Positions 28,708 through 41,267 of a stretch of 64,000 bases of DNA are shown here, in pieces. Made by a program: the position numbers and the translations under genes. Source of the stretch: Eledone cirrhosa (taxonomy: Eukaryota); the NCBI GenBank assembly GCA_964016885.1, contig OZ024740.1, forward strand, positions 265,856,001 through 265,920,000. Direction: 5' to 3'. Position 1 is the first letter of the stretch. Every line of letters begins with the position of its first letter. The notes under the pieces were generated by a model. The model was not told the origin of the DNA. It was given only the letters and a program-made list of their open reading frames with translations, and made no database searches.

Positions 28708-29487
28708 ATCCCGAATTACGCCGTACAGTGCTCGGCAACCATCGTTGACCTTTTGTTCAACACTGACACAGGAACGATGTACTAGTTTCAAGCTTATTAG
28801 CTATTGTCAGCATCGTATACCTTTCTGTCAGATGATTGAACGTCTGAAAGTATATACTTTCCTTGTGCATATTAAAGGCTGAGCAGCCTAATTTTGCATA
28901 TCGAGTGTGTTAGTCGGCCGGGCGTACCGGAAACGATAAATGGAAAAGAATGAAACGACATTTCATTTCTCACTCAAAGTACGGCTGATACCTAAATATA
29001 AGTATGTTTACGTACATACATATATGTGTACAGACGCACAGTAGTATGTATATATATACATACATGCATACATATATATATATACGGTATGACCGGCCGA
29101 CTAACTCACTCGATATGCAAATTAGGCTGCTCAGCCGTTAATATGCATAAGGAAAGTATATACTTTCAGACCTTCAATCATCTGACAGAAAGGTATACGA
29201 TGCTGACGATAGCTAATACGCTTGAAACTAGTACATCTTTCCTAAGAGCGACGATGTTTGCCGAGCACTGTACGGCGTAATTCGGGCTGTTTGTTTACAA
29301 ACAAACCGAACATTATAATAAATGTTCAGTAAACCCATACGTACATATAAATATATATGTGTGCATGTATGTATATATACATACTACTGTGCGTCTGTAC
29401 ACATATATGTATGTACGTATACATACTTATATTTAGGTATCAGCCGTACTAAGAGTGAGAAATGAAATTTCGTTTCATTATTTTCCA
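28708..29487. mobile_element. Diverged relative of the 504-bp retrozyme family, two head-to-head permuted segments
   Basis: Clear similarity to the 504-bp unit. HHRs at 28775-28815 (-; CTGACAA) and 29198-29238 (+; CTGACGA..GAAACTAGTA). Confidence 0.85.
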
Positions 29488-29504
29488 TATATATATATAT
29501 ATAT

Positions 29505-29703
29505 AAACAAAGAGGGTGTGGTAAGATACCAGGTAGACCATAACGCACCAGAATACTCGATAAATGGGGTAGTAGAGTGGGTAATATAAAAAGAATCAGG
29601 ACTCCGACGGCTGACCTCCATCCGTTTCGACAGCTAGACCCGAAATGGCGTTCGGATGTAGCTGTCGAAACGGCCGAAGGTCAGCCGTCAGGGTCCTGAA
29701 TCT

Positions 29704-29710
<7 letters not shown>
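29505..29710 (-). mobile_element. Fold-back pLTR tip; palindrome 29585-29710 with apex in HHR stem II
   Basis: GACAGCTA..TAGCTGTC-GAAA-CGG..CCG-TC; both arms carry only the 3' half of the HHR. (TA)n flanks. Confidence 0.7.
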
Positions 29711-29781
<71 letters not shown>

Positions 29782-29944
29782 TACGAAACTTATATTCACA
29801 CATCACTACTCCGAGTATCATTGAAGAATGAACTACATGACAGTTAATTTATACTGGCAGTAACTTCGATTTTTCGATTCCACTCTATTTCCATATGCAT
29901 ATATTCCAAGTAAAAGAAATCAACTGTTTAGGTCTTAAATATAT

Positions 29945-30036
29945 TCTTCTTCTTCTTCTTCTTCTTCTTCTTCTTCTTCTTCTTCTTCTTCTTCTTCTTC
30001 TTCTTCTTCTTCTTCTTCTTCTTCTTCTTCTTCTTC
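29945..30036. repeat. (TTC)n microsatellite
   Basis: Direct inspection. Confidence 0.95.
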
Positions 30037-30399
30037 CTGTGATGGTCCTCAAACACTCTTTCTAGCGTATCCTGTCAGAAACAAGTGTCTCCAATTGATC
30101 CGGCAGCATCCCCAAGCGAGACTAGTCGAGCACAATGTTTTTATCCAACCATCTTGCTTGAGGTTGATTGCCGGTTGACTTTTGCCCGAAACATTTGTCC
30201 AGCGATTGTAATTATTTAAATGGTTTTATTTGTTTTAATAATTACAATCTTGTGTAAACGTAAAACCTGTTTACCACACAAACGCAAAACTCACGTATAC
30301 ACATAACCAGATACACATGTACCAGTATATAAAATATAATATATACGCCTATAACAAATACAAGCAAATATACGTGCGAGAAAGTATACGTACCATCAC

Positions 30400-31790
30400 A
30401 AACAAACAGGTAATATACACTTACCTATACAAATAAATAATGGTATAAACATAAAATATACGTAGCTACCACATCAAGACGTAAATTATCCACGTATAGT
30501 TCGTACTATCCGTTAGGCCCTAACGGATAGTACGAACTATACGCGGATAATTTACTAACGGTTAGGGTATAAAGTGGGACTGTAATACAGGAAAGTTTTG
30601 TGCAATTTATGTTTACAAGCCGAAATTGCCTCAGATTTTTTTGTTTAAGATGTGGTCATTGGCGTAGAGTATTTCCAGGCCTTCAGCGGCGCAAAGGTCA
30701 CACGGTCATTTATTTCCGTTATACGATCTAGCCCTAGCTAGGATCTCCCACTGTAACCTATATTGGATGTGGATGTCTTTTAGACTCCAGATATAAGCTG
30801 AAAGTGACATCAAATTCCATCTTAAAGGGTTAAGAAAAGAATGGGTATGCATGTAAAGACACTGCTTGAATCTATTGGCGGTTAATCCTATGTAGGCCCT
30901 ATGGGACGTGGGTGTCTCAACCTTACATTTGTAGACAATGTTACCAGAGAGACATTTCCGGGATAGGGAGCATTCAACCCGATTCCTACAATTAGTACTA
31001 GCTACAGGGTTGCACGTGTTCTTACGACTAGGTAATTTAGCTAAATTTGAAGCATTGATGTGTGTGCATGGTTAGAAGTCATAGAGAAAGAAATTGTAAT
31101 GGTATTTCTATTAAAAATGTTATTATATTTATGTGCTGGGGGAAAATGCTTCATAATAAGGGAGAGAAAGTTCTTAGCTAATGGTGTGGCCACCTCCATA
31201 TTATATGGTGGGTTATACCATATAATGCGTCGGGATCTATTTTTCCTAAGTCTATTCTCATACTCGGTATATGCTACCTTATCGACAAATACACTTCAAG
31301 CACGAGCTTCATTGTAATATGTGGAATGATCGGTGAAAATATGCTCGTTTGTAGATAGACGGGAAAACCTCAAAGAAACGTTTCTTACCAGGTTCTTGGT
31401 TATGCTGGCAGGATGGTTAGGATGCTTGCTTATGTAATTAAGCGTATCATTCGGCTTTCTATACGAGTAGTGCAAGCCATTCGACAGATTGAAGGTAACG
31501 TCGAGGTAATTAACGACAGAGAGGTTGTCCTCAACCTGTGTGGAGAGGTTGAAACCTTTAAAGAGGGTCGTGAGTTCTTTTCTGAACCTGTCGCAAGCGC
31601 GTGGGCAACACTTTGTAATGGTAAAAATACCGTCATCACGATACAAACCACCGCCCACGTTCGGGAATTCTTCCTTGATAGAGAAAATAAGGAAAAGGCC
31701 GATAAGATCAGTAACCTCCGCATAATCGCTGGCGCCCATACTCACGTCGAATGGGGTACTATTAGATTTTTTAATGCAAATAGAGTTGAC
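30400..31790 (-). mobile_element. Penelope-like element, family A relative, with RT core plus GIY-YIG (frameshifted)
   Basis: FDVSMGA, GGLYRDDG, VNYLDVTFNL and YRKPN..HP motifs (31296-31745). 30400-31310 aligns with 105-975. Confidence 0.9.
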
Positions 31791-31885
31791 GGTTCTTATA
31801 TATTTGATATATATTTATCCTTATCAAGCTCTCTTTCGATTTAAGTCTTCAAATTTATTATTAATACTATATATATATATACATA

Positions 31886-32621
31886 CTAGTAGAATGGCCC
31901 GGCATTCCTCGAGCTTCTAAATATAGATTGGCATGTTTATCCCTCCTTTCTGAAACAGTACAGCGAAGTACGGAATACCTCGGCCTGGGAATGGTGTCTA
32001 CATTTTGTGCTTATAAAAAAAATTCGTCGTAGATTACCAGGAGTTTAACTTAATTGGGTTCTTCAGAGTAAAATATTCAACCCACGAAAGCCAAGACGAT
32101 AGGGTTAAGTAAAAAGGCATTCGACAAACCGTACATGTATTTGTATTGTACAATGAAAGTTCCAGAGCAGTAAACATATGGGACTGCAGTGGTGGATAGT
32201 ATGAAGGAATCTAGTTGGATACTTTTAAGGTTACAAAAATCTACCCAATCTGATATAGACCGAACTGTTATATCGGAAGCCGAACGCTTCGTAGTTACTA
32301 TTGGAGTCACCTCAAAAATTTCAAGGGATTTTAGATTTAAGTAGGGATAATATAGTCTATAGAGAGAGGTAACTCTTTCAAAATACTAAAGAGTTGTCTC
32401 TCTTGAACATTGTAGACAAAATTTCCGAACTAACTGACAAAAGGGCTTAACGTTTTAGTGAAAAAAAACGCCTTTAACATCAGAAAATTGAAAAATAAAA
32501 GCTGCCGTTAATATCTTTACACCGCAAGGAATATATAAATGCAAGATTGAAGTCAATCGGAGTAGAAATGTGGATTTGTATAGACTTTGCCAAAATTAGG
32601 ACACACACACAGACAACTTCA

Positions 32622-32635
<14 letters not shown>
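31886..32635 (-). mobile_element. Non-autonomous Helitron-like element
   Basis: Minus strand has 5' TATATAAAACTGAAGTTGTCTGTGTGTG and 3' CGAGGAATGCCGGG..CTAG|T, matching the ends of 47705-48650. Confidence 0.65.
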
Positions 32636-32673
<38 letters not shown>

Positions 32674-32691
32674 CGTGTGTGTGTCTGTGTC

Positions 32692-32747
<56 letters not shown>

Positions 32748-33231
32748 CGCGTGTGTGTGTGTATGTTATATGATTATGTGTATCTTCCAGGAATTAGTTA
32801 TCATATTGTGTCTAATACCAGCTGTCTCTACACACACCTATATATATTTAAAACCGAAAATGTCTGTATGCATACAGTATGTATCGAATTTGATACATAG
32901 ACTAATTAGCTCCCGGTGCATGTCAACACATAAATTAAATCTTGCATAAAATTACATAGTTCTGCAGCTATTTAAAGACAGGGTGGGGCAGGTCTTTATT
33001 GATAGTAGCGACAGTGGAGAACGAGAGAGAAAGAGAAAGAGAGAACGAAACAGACAGGGTATCAGTGGGAGTAGTAACTACAGCCATAGTAGGAGTAGCT
33101 ATATAAAAGTGGTGGTGTTGGTGGGAGAGAGCCGTGGTAGCAGTAAGAGTACCGACAACAGTTACAGTAGGAGTAAGGTGTTTGATGTCATAAGACGCTG
33201 CAGAAGGTTTTGAGTTAAGTTTGATTTATTT

Positions 33232-33430
33232 CTGTCATTTAATTGTTTCTACTTTAGACACAAGGCCAGCAATTACCCAGTGCAGTACTTTATTTTATCG
33301 ACCCCGCAAGGATGAAAGGCAAAGTCAACCTCGGCAGGATTTGAACTCAGATCGTAAAGGGACTTAACTATGCTGGAAAGCATGGCGTCCGACCCTCTAC
33401 CGATACTGCCAATCCACCGTGTCATTTAAT
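33232..33430 (-). mobile_element. Nin-domain SINE with TSD TGTCATTTAAT
   Basis: Full SINE with an 11-bp direct repeat on both sides. Confidence 0.9.
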
Positions 33431-34084
33431 GGCAGATTTATGACAATAATCAAATATAAATTAACATGTTGTCAATGGAATCCCTACATTTTATTTTGTT
33501 TCTCTTGGAAAACTATTTCCATGTGAAAAGAAAGGTTTAATTTCTCGTCTGCTTTACAGGGTCTTCATTGAGAGTAGCGAGGCTGGAGGAAAACAAACGT
33601 GGTAGCAGTGTTTATAGAGAAATACAGATGAGGTGAGACAGGTATTCCATGTCAACATATAGTTTAAATCTTAATATTCTGGGACTATTTAAAGAAGGTC
33701 CTGTTGATGGGAGAGGGAGGTTTTTATTTACAGTGGCAAAAGCGTGTCCGGCAACGACGGGCTCTTTTGCCAGTAGATAATGTAATATAAATGTTCAAAA
33801 TCCTTGCATTCATGCAATTGTAATCTATGCAGACTGTAAGTGGAATATATTTTCATAGAATAAGTTTCGTTTATTAAACGTGTTTTGGTGACGACAGTTT
33901 AAAATGAGTTCATCACTAGAATTCTTGTGTTACGAAAAGACGACATAATGAATTATTTTTTACAAGTACACGTTTCACAATTCAATCCTGAAGAATATAT
34001 TTTGATAAAATCTAGCATGGAACACAGTCTCCAGGTGAACAACATGTTATGTTTCTTGTATGCTAGTTGTTTCTTGTCTCTTAA

Positions 34085-34225
34085 AAGCGGCAAACTGGCA
34101 GAGTCGCTAGAATGTCGGTTAGAATGATTTGCGTCATTCGTTCCCAGTCTCTGCTCTCTGAGCTCAAGTCCCGCCGAGTTCATCATTGTCTTTCATCCTT
34201 TAGGGGTCGATAAAGAAAGTACCAG
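34085..34225 (+). mobile_element. Older Nin-domain SINE variant
   Basis: TGGCAGAGTCG..GAGCTCAAGTCC..TTTCATCCTTTAGGGGTCGATAAA. Similar variants at 39158-39375 and 56498-56660. Confidence 0.7.
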
Positions 34226-35079
34226 TATAGTACATTCAATATCTCTTTCTCACTTCCTCTGTCTTACTTTCTATGTTTCTTTGAAAGGCATTTGCTGGGT
34301 TCGGTCAGACCTGGAAATAGATGGGCTCTGCCAGGCTTATAATGTCCAAGAGACGCTGAATGCCACACAATATGAATATTGTATGAGGATGTCCAATTGT
34401 AAGTAAAGTCAATACATCCAGTAAATATGGGGCAAAGGAATTGATGGTAAAATGATGGTCAGCTTATATTAATAACGTATAATTGTGAGGTTTTTTTGTC
34501 TATTTGCCTATTTATCGTAAAACCACTTAACCTTTAAGTCTACAAAATACTTCAGCAATGTTCCTATCGTCACTGCCTTCGACCCTCTCACTCTCCAGAT
34601 CTCCCACTATTATAAGCAAATGGGGGCCTACGCGCTGGCCACCCTTCAGCTCCTACGGACAGAATAGAGAAGGCGGTTCACTGAAGAATGGTGAGGGAGA
34701 CGTGTTGGAAGAGTCATTCCAGCTCGCGAGGTAGCCAACTCCGTGCCGATGGCGGTGAGTAGAGAGGTGGTCCTAGGATCAAGGAGAACAGAAGTCTCCA
34801 CTACGGCGCCACTATGACACCATAAATATATATTGTCTCTTTTTTTCTGAAATGACTATGCGATATAGAACGAGACGTTCTGTTAAGCATAAATCATCTT
34901 AAGCATAAATCATAATCATAATCATAAATCATACTCAGCAGAGTATCATGGCCTCTTGTGAGCAAAGGTTTAAATCAAAACTATTGCGTTGTGGTTCATT
35001 AATGGACAAAATGCTGCCAATAGAAATTAATATGAGAGTATTGAAGTTTGCTTGAAGCATTGTGGAATAATAAGGTAAA

Positions 35080-35554
35080 TTTCTTTAAGTCGTTTGGAAG
35101 CCTCGACAATGCAAATGGGTAAATCTCCGGGTAACAAGATCCGGTGGTGGAGAGAGAGAGATGTAAGTGGGTGTACGTTGAGATGGGTGGCGTGTATAAG
35201 ACGTGTAGAGGAATGAAGGAAAGAGCATAAAGGATAAAATTAAAATAACAACACGAGAGAGAGTTACCTTGGGAGAGATTTAATTGTCCCTATATATTTC
35301 GGATTCACATCCATCAACTGGGGGTTTTTTCCGGGGTGGGGGAAAGGTTGTCTTAAATCTCTCCCAAGGTAACTCTCTCTCGTGTTGTTATTTTTATTTT
35401 ATCCTTTATGCTCTTTCCTTCATTCCTCTACACGTCTTATACACGCCACGCATCTCAACGTACACCCACTTACATCTCTCTCTCCACCACCGGATCTTGT
35501 TACCCGGAGATTTACCCATTTGCATTGTCGAGGCTTCCAAACGACTTAAAGAAA
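35080..35554. repeat. Fold-back/MITE-like element, ~204-bp near-perfect arms, 69-bp spacer
   Basis: 35080-35283 is the reverse complement of 35353-35554. No HHR found and no (TA)n flanks. Confidence 0.85.
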
Positions 35555-36383
35555 TAAATTAATATGTTTATGTTAGAAATAAAATTATTGATGTTGCTAA
35601 TATAGCTGTAGCTGGGATTCTGATATTTTGGTATCTGGAAGAAATATTTTTATTTGATATGTGAATGTGTGCGTGCCGGTGTGTATGTGCGTGTGGATGA
35701 TCGATTCTCTCTCATACGCAAAAATATATAATTGAAAACACGTGTTCAAAGGATTTGTTTTAATTGTAATAAGTTTATACAATTTACTCCCATTCTTCGC
35801 TAATGACTGTGTAGCCTGAAAAAATTTGATACACAATGTATCATGTGACAATCACAACTGAACGCATGTTAGGAAAGGTAGGAATGCAAAAATTAAGCGT
35901 ATACTGATCCTTCTTATTGTCATAATCTATATCATATATGAAGTTTCCCTTATTGAAGTTTGTCTAACAATAGCCAACATTGTCCTAAGCAGATCGTAGT
36001 AACAAACCGATATACGGAAAATAGTATGTATAACCACTACGTAACACTACGTAAACCACCTGCTGCCATGGCTGAGAAATTTAATCACACTCATACGCCA
36101 TCTTGAGTATTTCTGACTCTTCACATAAGAGCGGCCTAAAACAGACTTGAAAAAACCCCAGATCTAATGAGATGAGTCAAATAAATATACTATCTTATGC
36201 CGCGTGATCGGTTTACCGATTATTCTAAATAGATTGTTTAAATTTCACCTGTCTCATTAACCCATGTAAAGATATTTCAGAATAAAGTATCATTGTCACA
36301 TGAGGATCAAAGACAATTTCAGATCACTCAACCACAGTCCAATATGAAATTTAAATTCTAGAGTTTTTCTTCTGCATTTACGC

Positions 36384-36414
<31 letters not shown>

Positions 36415-36416
<2 letters not shown>

Positions 36417-37550
36417 AGGTGAGTAATATTGTAGAACAATAAAACTATGCATATATCAGATAAGTAGCACTCAAGAGTTGGTAGAACCGGAGTATATATA
36501 AAGAAGAAATTAAAAGATGGTTAAAATATTAAAACTGCTATAGTCAGAAGTGTTGAAAAAAGAATTTCTAATTTATCCTTTAATAAACATATCTTCGATG
36601 CTAATGCCAACTATTATAATAATGCGTTATCTAGGGCTGGATATCCAGACAAAATTAAATACACTAAGGAAACTAATCTTGGCAGAACTTATAGTAATGT
36701 AGCTAGTAATAATCATACCAGTAACATAAAGAGGAGACCTAGATATAAAAATATCCTTTGGTACAACGCTCCCTTCTCTCTTTCACTTATTAGTAATATC
36801 CCTAAATTATTTTTAGGGCTCTAGATAACAGCTTCCCCCCTTCACATATATATAGCAACATTTTTAATAAGCATACCATTAAATTCTCATATTCCACTAC
36901 TTCCAACATTTCTAAAATTATCTCAAGATATAATTCTAAAATATTAAATAATAACTCATATGCATCCAACCTTGAGAGTCATAATAATAACACTGTAAGG
37001 CCCGACGTCAATGTAAACTCTAGGCAAAATAACATAAATATAAATAGGACGTCAAATTTAATTTAATTTTATTTCATTTTATTAATACATTTTTACACTT
37101 ATTAATCCAATTTTTAGTATTCAAACTCAATATAAAATAATATACCCAGTTTCTATATTCTAGACCTCTAATATTTGTAATATTAGCACATATACCTCAT
37201 CAATTTATTTTTTTTTTTTTTAGCCGTTATTTACAGCTGTTTTTCATTTATGACGGCGTTCCCGATCAAATGTCTCTCTCTCTCTATCTTTCTCTTTCTC
37301 TCTCCTCCTTCTTTCTTTCTTTTTTCCTTCCCTCTTTCCTTTTCTTCATTTTTCCTATTTTTCTCTTACTCTTATATTTTTGTCATATGTAGACTGGACA
37401 CTATCTTGTTGACAAGTGTTTTTAGGCCTCATATCATGTTACCTTATTTTATCTGATGAGAACACAATTTTTGTCCCAGGATGATGTTGTTTTCGAAATG
37501 CGCATAATAAAATATATGGAACTTTTTAAACCATCTTTTAATTTCTCCTT

Positions 37551-37556
<6 letters not shown>
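36415..37556 (+). mobile_element. PLE (YRDDG-type relative) fragment lacking GIY-YIG, with short inverted 5' tip and 3' HHR
   Basis: 36525-37066 translates IVRSVEKRISNLS..YNNALSRAGY..ILWYNAPFS (frameshift ~36815) IFNKHTIKFSYS, then an Asn-rich tail and TAA. 36497-36526 is the reverse complement of 37525-37554. Confidence 0.8.
37447..37512 (+). ncRNA. Type I hammerhead ribozyme
   Basis: TTTTAT-CTGATGA-GAACACAA...TTGTTTTC-GAAA-TGCGCA-TA^ATAAAA. Confidence 0.8.
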
Positions 37557-37589
<33 letters not shown>

Positions 37590-37703
37590 ATAATAATAAA
37601 TTTGAAGACTAAAATCCAAAGAGGGATCGATAAGGATAAATATATATCAAATATATAAGAACCGTAGAGCAAATATTAATTAAAATAAATGTTATTTTAA
37701 TTA

Positions 37704-37766
<63 letters not shown>

Positions 37767-38648
37767 TACCCAAACAGAAACATAGAAATACACTGGAACA
37801 CCTATATATATGTAGATCTTTCAGCTGTGTAATTACCCATTGTTAATATATTGTATCATAAAGTAATATTGTCACATGAGGTGCAAAGACAATTTCGGTT
37901 TACTCGAGCACCAGCTTATATACAACATCCACTACCGTCAAACAGAGGCCAGTATCACGTTGAAATTCTCGAGTTATTCTTCGGTATTTACGTATTTTTG
38001 TGTCTCTGTGTCTCTGTGTATGCTGCCTGTACATACATACACACCTATATATGTATACTCTATATATATATGCATATATATATATATATACGTATTTATA
38101 TATATATATGCATATATATATACATATATATATACATATATATATACATATATAAATATACAAATATAAATATACAAATATAAATATACATATATAAATG
38201 TACATATATATATATAGAGAGAGAGAGAGATAGGGGAGGGAGAGAGAAAGAGAGAAAGATATAAATATATATATATATATACATACATACATAAAAAGAA
38301 ATATATATGTGTGTGTGTGCGTTTGTGTGCATGGAAATACACTGAGATATACATACCTACACCCACACAAACACATACACACCTATATATATAGAAAATA
38401 ATATATGCCTCGCTATTCTCTTAAAGGCCACACAATTGGCTGAAAGGCATAGTATTTTTCTTCTCACAACAGAAACATAACACCTGGTTTTGTTCTCATC
38501 ATCCAGTAAAGTGTTCCCTTTTCCTCTATTTTTCCACTGTCGTAATGACATTTTACATAGAATGTCCATCAGCAAACTCTTACTACTCTTTTTTTTTTCT
38601 ATAAGCGCCTCTCATTCACACTCTCTATCTCTATATCTCCCCCGTTAA

Positions 38649-38700
<52 letters not shown>

Positions 38701-38843
38701 ATGTGTGTGTATTCGTATATATATATATATACAGATACACACATATTTGTATGTATCTATGTGTGTGTATAAGTAAATGTGTACACACACACACATATAT
38801 ATATATATATGTTTTTGTAAATATATTTATATACAAATACACG

Positions 38844-38967
<124 letters not shown>

Positions 38968-39419
38968 AGAAATATCTAGTCTCTATTATCATTAATTCTG
39001 TTATTGTTTTTATGAAAATAATAACAATATTTATTATTATTATTTTTATTATTATTTATAGTTATTATTTTTGTTCATGTTATTGTTGTTGTTGATTTTA
39101 TTTTTGCTGGTGTTGTTGTTGTTGTTTTACTTCTTCTTCTTTCATTATTATTATTATTGGAGGATTTGCAGAATCGGTAGAGCGACGGACAACATGCTTC
39201 GCAGCATTTTTACCTCCTTTTATTTTCTGAGTTCAAATCCCGCCGAGGTCAGCTTTGACTTTAATCCTTACGGGTCGATAAATTAAAGTACCAGTAACGC
39301 AATGTGGTCGATTTAATCGACTTTCACCTCCCACAATATTGTTGGCCTCGTGCCTAATTCAGAAACCATTATTATTATTATTACCTTGATATTTGAGTCG
39401 TTGTTGTTATTTAACCGAA

Positions 39420-39908
39420 ACATTTGCCCTAATGAACAGTGTTCCAAAACCATGGGCTAGGCTAATGTTCTTTAACCAGTCTTGGAAGCTTTTCGAGATA
39501 GTACCTAGTGCTGCTATGACAATGTGGATGACCTTGATCTCATGACAGTTGCAAATCCTTTTCAGTTCCTACTTTAAATTCTGGTTCCGGTTTATTTTCT
39601 CCTATATTTCTGGCACTCTTGTGCTAAAGGGGCAAGCTACATCTATAATCACGCAAGAACCTTTTTCTTTGTCAAAAACAGCCAGGTCAGATCTATTGTG
39701 TTCTAATTATTTGTCCGTTTCTATCTTGAAATGCCACACCACCTTCACCCGGTCGTTTTCTATCTCCGACTCTGGCTTATACTCATACTAATTCTCAGAA
39801 TGAGGTAATTTGTTCAGTTTGCATAAATGCCAGTGAATCACTTTTGCTCCGTCCTTTATAGTGAGTCTAGGCTAGGTGTTTACACTCGGATACAATGTGT
39901 GCCTGTTT

Positions 39909-39940
<32 letters not shown>

Positions 39941-40795
39941 CACAGATCCTGTAGAGCGGGCTAGCCGCCTCCTTGTCAATATGGTGCTTCATCCACTTCG
40001 TTCTAAGGGCTTGCTCCTCTGCAGCCAGTAGCATTCCCTTTGTGGCTTTCTTAAGGTCCATCTTCTTTAACCAGTCCGATGTCTGTGGATATCTGAATTC
40101 TGTTTTCTTTAAAGACATGCTATGAAGGGCCTTTTCATTCAGGTTGTTCTCCCCTTTTGCTGTTAGTTCTGTCGTGGACATCCTCTGGTTTATTATTGTT
40201 TCTTTCAATACAGCCTTGACTCGTGTCTTTCAGTCACATATTTATGCAGACAGCTTTTCTTCTTTTGAACACAGTCCTCCGCGCTGATTAGACCTCTTCC
40301 ACCTTCAGATCTATCAATATCGCTCTTCTCATGAAACCTACTGAAGGTGGTCATTAATTTCTTTGTCTTTCTATCCAGTTCATTTTGCTGGTTTACATTC
40401 CATTTAAAATTTCCCGCACAGTGCCTAATAATAGACACAGCTCAGGAATTTACTGTAGTTATGGTATTTCTACTATTCAGCTGTGATTTTAGTATGTTCC
40501 TTACTCTCCTTGTGTATTCAGGTCTTATCATCTCCTTCATTTTTTCCTTGATATTATCTACCTCCAGAACACCCAATTGCCTATATCCCTCTTCGGTGTC
40601 GATCACCTTTATCATCTCACCCGGTAGTACCCCGATGCCTTTGTTTCTCTTCAATTTGCCTCTTCTCATCACGAATACTCTATACTTACTAACACAAATT
40701 TCGTAAATATATCACGGCTGAAAATACGGACTGTGTCAACTCCCCGCTCTTTCCGAAGAGATTTATGCCGTCCATGAAGAGGAAGTGGTTGTTTG
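39420..40795 (-). pseudogene. R4/Dong LINE, RT C-terminus to RLE domain, decayed
   Basis: NHFLFMDG, YRQLGVLE, EGGRGLIS, LLAAEEQALRTK, HIVSECKHLA and RSDLAVFD; next to (TAA)n. Confidence 0.85.
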
Positions 40796-41185
40796 GCGGA
40801 ACACAATGCTGATTATATCGATCTCAGTATTTAATGAATTACCACTCAGTTACTGGAGGTCATAATATATGACTTTCCCTTCCACCGAAATTGCTGGCCT
40901 TTCCCCCGAAATAGAAACTATTATTATTATTATTATTACAAACACCACCACCATCATCATTTCACTTATACAGTTTTTGTTATATTTCTTACAGCCTTTT
41001 CGCAATATCAGTTGTCTTGACAATTCTCTTTAATATTTCTCTCTTCCTTTCTCTTTCACTCACTCGCTTTCTTTTTATCTTCATCTAATTTTTTTCCTCT
41101 CTCACACGTCATTTACCTTCAAAGTGAATGTTGTTGCTTTCAATATTCCTATATATTTCTTTGTTATTTATATCAATTTACATCG

Positions 41186-41267
<82 letters not shown>

